From Planctomycetota bacterium (lineage in GTDB: Bacteria; Planctomycetota; GCA-002687715; DRQF01): a DNA stretch of 64,000 nucleotides. The notes beneath the pieces were generated by a model that had not been told where the DNA came from, ran no database searches, and was given only the letters and a program-made list of their open reading frames with translations. A program made the translations under genes and the position numbers. Shown one piece after another: positions 60,610-64,000 of the stretch (the first letter of the stretch is position 1; each line of letters starts with the position of its first letter). Location: assembly GCA_027001995.1 (NCBI GenBank), contig JALTLO010000017.1, forward strand, positions 23,012-87,011, given 5' to 3'.

Positions 60610-62076
60610 TCAGAACTTGAACACCAGCGATCCCGGAACCCAGCCCTTTTGTCCTGATTCGAAGGCAATGTGATAGCGGATTATTGTCGCACCACCCTGC
60701 TCAAGATAGCAGTGTCCAAGCAATTTGCCAGATGTACCTTTGGCCACCCGGGTCATCGACCTGTCGCCTTTCTTCCAATCTGCTTGGGCAAAAACGTGGA
60801 CCTCAAATGATCCTTCCTTCTTGACGTAAACTTCTGACCCGACCTTCAAAGCTTGAGGGCGGGATTTGAAATAGGACTTGTGGATAGAAACTCCGGCACG
60901 CAATCCACTCCAATTGCTTTCTTCGAAATCTTCTGCCTTAAGACTCCCTGGATCAGCGGACTTAGCGGGGATCACCCATGCTGTACCCGCCTGAGGAATT
61001 TTGTCACCTTCCCGAATGAGATGAATGATGGCCCCTTGGGCACCGGACCGCTCAAGCAGCTGCCAAGCAGCCGTCTTGGCCCAGGATTGGGCCTCACTCG
61101 CCTCCAATCCATCATCCAAGATCACATTGGCCTCAATCACATAGACCCCTTCAAACCGAGGACTGCGTTTACTTCCTTTCAGGCGATAGCGTGGCTTTCG
61201 CTCACCCATCCCAAGCCAACCTGTCGGTAGAAGATAGGGGATCAATTTGGGATCTTCGAGGAGTCTGTGTTTCTTTCGCCCAAAGTCCTGTAGCTCCGCC
61301 CACCCCAAAGCCATGGGAGCCTCTCCGGCGATATTGATTACGGCAATACGAAACCAAGTCTTTTCGCCCAAAACGAGTTTTCTGTGGATGAAGGCCAAGG
61401 TGCGATTGGGAGCCTCAAAGAGTTTGACCTGCTTGGCCCCACTCAAGACCATGGGTGAACTCCACAGAGGAACTCTTTGTCGCAATCCATAGATAGAACC
61501 AACTTGGAACGCGGCCGCTTTCACCCGAACCGATTTCTTAGAGCGCTTCTTGGGTTTCTTGGCTTTGGCTTCTTCCAGCGAGACATAACGAATCACTTTA
61601 ACGCCACGATAAGGGCCGTCATGCCGGACCTGACTTCCAGACAAATCCCGATTGTATGGGCCAAAATCCTCGTTCTTTTGACTCTGGCTTAGAACTATGC
61701 GCACCTGAATTCGGCCATCGAAGTGATCGACCTTCACGGCCCCCCGTCCCGCAAGGCGGCTCATACCACTCAATCTCGCGATTTCTTTTTCTTGAGCCGA
61801 TTTTGAAATCACAATGGACAGCCCTTTATCAAGATCCTTGACGGTGACTTCTCGAGAATAGTAGTCCAAGGAGTAGGAGGAAGTCTCGCCCTTGCGCCAA
61901 TAGCGATGACTTACTGTGACGGACACAGTAGCATCCTTTGGTAAATCGCTCACCACACGAAGGGCAAGCTGATGATTCGCTACCTGCATCTTGACATCAA
62001 AACGATTACATGTCACTTGGGCTGGAGCCGATACAAGAAACTGACCAAGGACCACGAGAAACAAGAGTTGCCGCAT
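60610..62076 (-). CDS. Secreted hypothetical protein with possible SH3-like domains
   Basis: Signal peptide (APA-Q). Two segments end in GW (WFRIAV...LGWA and RYHIAFESGQKGWVPGS), resembling SH3b. AAAGG RBS. Confidence 0.6.
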   Translation of the reverse strand: MRQLLFLVVLGQFLVSAPAQVTCNRFDVKMQVANHQLALRVVSDLPKDATVSVTVSHRYWRKGETSSYSLDYYSREVTVKDLDKGLSIVISKSAQEKEIARLSGMSRLAGRGAVKVDHFDGRIQVRIVLSQSQKNEDFGPYNRDLSGSQVRHDGPYRGVKVIRYVSLEEAKAKKPKKRSKKSVRVKAAAFQVGSIYGLRQRVPLWSSPMVLSGAKQVKLFEAPNRTLAFIHRKLVLGEKTWFRIAVINIAGEAPMALGWAELQDFGRKKHRLLEDPKLIPYLLPTGWLGMGERKPRYRLKGSKRSPRFEGVYVIEANVILDDGLEASEAQSWAKTAAWQLLERSGAQGAIIHLIREGDKIPQAGTAWVIPAKSADPGSLKAEDFEESNWSGLRAGVSIHKSYFKSRPQALKVGSEVYVKKEGSFEVHVFAQADWKKGDRSMTRVAKGTSGKLLGHCYLEQGGATIIRYHIAFESGQKGWVPGSLVFKF

Positions 62077-62341
62077 GAAACTTACCTTTCTTGGCCACGA
62101 TTCAAATCACGGACCAAGGACGTCTAGAAAACTGATGAATTAGATTAACACATTTGACTCGTTTTTGGCCGAAACAAGATCGAAGAGAAATCGAACTTGG
62201 CGTTCGGCACTCGTCCGGAACAGTCAGAATTGTTATTGAGCGACTGAGGGCCTCGTGAACCATGGCTTGTGGCTTTTTCGTCATGAGCATTGAAACTGTC
62301 CACGGGCCGGACACGAGCCGAAAGAAAAGGTGGAGTTGGCC

Positions 62342-63586
62342 ATGAATTGGGGTGTCTTTTGGCGCGGTTTGTGTATGGGTGTAGCGGATGTGATCCCCGG
62401 GGTCAGCGGTGGCACCATGGCTCTCATTTTGGGCATCTACGGTCGCTTTATTTCTGCGGTTAAGTCTCTCAATCCGAAACCTATTATCGCTCTGGCCTCC
62501 TATGTTGTCAGTGGTTTCAAAGCTGAGAAAAAGGCAGCCATCCCCCGGTCCATGGACACCGTTGATTGGCGTTTCCTCGTACCCCTCGGGCTGGGCATTT
62601 TCTCAGCCATGGCCATGGGGTCTATCATCATCCCCACCCTCATGGACAACCACCCAGAAATCATGCGGGGCCTCTTCTTTGGTCTCATTTTGGCCAGTGT
62701 CGGAGTCCCATGGCGGATGATGCCCAAGGAGAATGGCAGCCCAAAGGCTCTCGGGTTGATCATGGCCCTTGTGTTCGGAGTATTCGGGTATGCGGTCACT
62801 GATCCGAACCGCGACATCAATACAACCGGCACCTGGGTTGAAGTTCAAGCACCCCATGGGGAGTCCTCGACTTTGAAGGAACTCATTCGCCAGGGGCCAA
62901 GCTCTCTGAATGCCGCGGAAGTTTATTGGTCCCCCCAGAATCAATCATTGAGAATCGCCCACTTAGCTCAAGACCCGGAAGGTGCTCGCCAGTTAGCTGT
63001 CCGCCATGAAATGAACGCAAGCATTCCCAAGAGCGACAAGAAAGCGCGGAAAGACGAAGCAAAGCATTACCAAGATATCTCTCTCAGCCATGTGATTGTT
63101 CAAGTGCCTCGCCCTTCATTTTGGTTCGTCTATATTGCTGGCGTGATCGCAATTTCCGCCATGGTCTTGCCGGGCATCTCCGGCTCCTTCCTTTTGCTCA
63201 TATTAGGGTGTTATTATTTCGTCCTGAACGCTGTGAAGGGCACCATCAGTGGTCTCCTTCATTTCCAGATTCATCCGGCACCCATCATTTCCGTTTGCCT
63301 CTTTGCTTTGGGCTGCCTCACAGGTCTCGTGGGATTCTCTCGAATTCTTTCCTACCTCTTGCGCGAGCAACCAGTCCCCACCTTCGGAGCGTTAATCGGT
63401 CTTATGATTGGTTGTCTCCGAGGTGTCTGGCCATGGCGATTTGTTTCTTCCACGGGCGACTTAATCAATCAGGTCCCTGAAACCCTAGGCCATGGCAACT
63501 GGCAGGCCCTTTTGGCCTTGCTCGTGGGAATCAGCATCGCCCTCGGCCTTGAATCTTTAGGTTCTCGAACAGGACAAAAGGCATAA
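62342..63586 (+). CDS. DUF368 family membrane protein (putative undecaprenyl phosphate translocase)
   Basis: MGVADVIPGVSGGTMALILGIY, FFGLILAS, AMVLPGISGSFLLLILG, LRGVWPW. Confidence 0.9.
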   Translation: MNWGVFWRGLCMGVADVIPGVSGGTMALILGIYGRFISAVKSLNPKPIIALASYVVSGFKAEKKAAIPRSMDTVDWRFLVPLGLGIFSAMAMGSIIIPTLMDNHPEIMRGLFFGLILASVGVPWRMMPKENGSPKALGLIMALVFGVFGYAVTDPNRDINTTGTWVEVQAPHGESSTLKELIRQGPSSLNAAEVYWSPQNQSLRIAHLAQDPEGARQLAVRHEMNASIPKSDKKARKDEAKHYQDISLSHVIVQVPRPSFWFVYIAGVIAISAMVLPGISGSFLLLILGCYYFVLNAVKGTISGLLHFQIHPAPIISVCLFALGCLTGLVGFSRILSYLLREQPVPTFGALIGLMIGCLRGVWPWRFVSSTGDLINQVPETLGHGNWQALLALLVGISIALGLESLGSRTGQKA

Positions 63587-63907
63587 AGTTACCTTCTCCG
63601 ACTTGTCCCACGAGGGTTGCTGGACGAAATTCGACAGGGCCCAGAACTCCACGAAGTCCCCAAGGCCCGTGGTCAAAAGACCTTAGGTACCCAAAACCAC
63701 CCCCGGGTAGGGTCCCTCTTCCCTTTTGGGATCCCACCACGGTTCGGCAAATCATGCATGGACACAGAAAAATCAAATCAAACTTTGGGTATATATTTCC
63801 CTGTGCCAAGAGTCGTCATTTCCCCTACAATGCGCCCTGTTACCCGGATGACCTATCACCGTCATCCACTTGCTAACAACCGAAATACAAAGTGCAGAGA
63901 GAAACGT

Positions 63908-64000
63908 ATGGGACGTATCCAAGACGCCCTCCATCGTGCCCAGGCAAAACGACAAGACAAGAGATCAGAACCAACACAGTTGGTTCGCCTTCTCCATCAA
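63908..64000 (+). CDS. 5' end of a gene running out of the window, possibly a CpsD/CapB-type tyrosine kinase
   Basis: Open frame MGRIQDALHRAQAKRQDKRSEPTQLVRLLHQ. The M-x-[RK]-I-x-x-A-L-x-[RK]-A start resembles stand-alone polysaccharide tyrosine autokinases. Only 31 codons are visible. Confidence 0.4.
   Translation, partial: MGRIQDALHRAQAKRQDKRSEPTQLVRLLHQ

Noticed and set aside
1..64000. CRISPR arrays, IS elements, rRNA, known anti-phage defence genes
   Set aside because: I saw no regularly spaced direct repeats, transposase/integrase motifs, rRNA-like segments or recognisable defence genes by eye. Subtle cases cannot be excluded without tools.

Overview
This is a gene-dense bacterial chromosome window, roughly half GC by eye. 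Gene content suggests a Planctomycetota-like organism (inference from the ECF sigma + Ser/Thr kinase pair, many HEAT-repeat and secreted proteins, and a PurS-like extension on PurL). Housekeeping genes: clpP (5'-truncated), clpX, rlmN, accA, purL, purQ, selB, ychF, hemW, lepA. I found no rRNA, tRNA, CRISPR array or mobile element. Most interesting signals: (1) a translationally coupled operon at 41.8-46.3 kb encoding a DUF4178/zinc-ribbon membrane protein, a small basic peptide ending GGGLLRGK, DUF350, a membrane-anchored aminopropyltransferase and a SAM decarboxylase, possibly a dedicated peptide/envelope aminopropylation system; (2) an ECF sigma-Ser/Thr kinase pair whose HEAT-repeat C-terminal domain is colinearly similar to the protein encoded by the divergent gene; (3) a secreted, eukaryote-like dipeptidyl peptidase III (HELLGH/EECRAE) near S46 and S9 peptidases; (4) a shared ~150-aa C-terminal domain (FQ...[TS]NA[IV]x[VL]x[VI]x-stop) on three secreted proteins, a candidate sorting signal. 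Family assignments come from motif recognition, not database searches.
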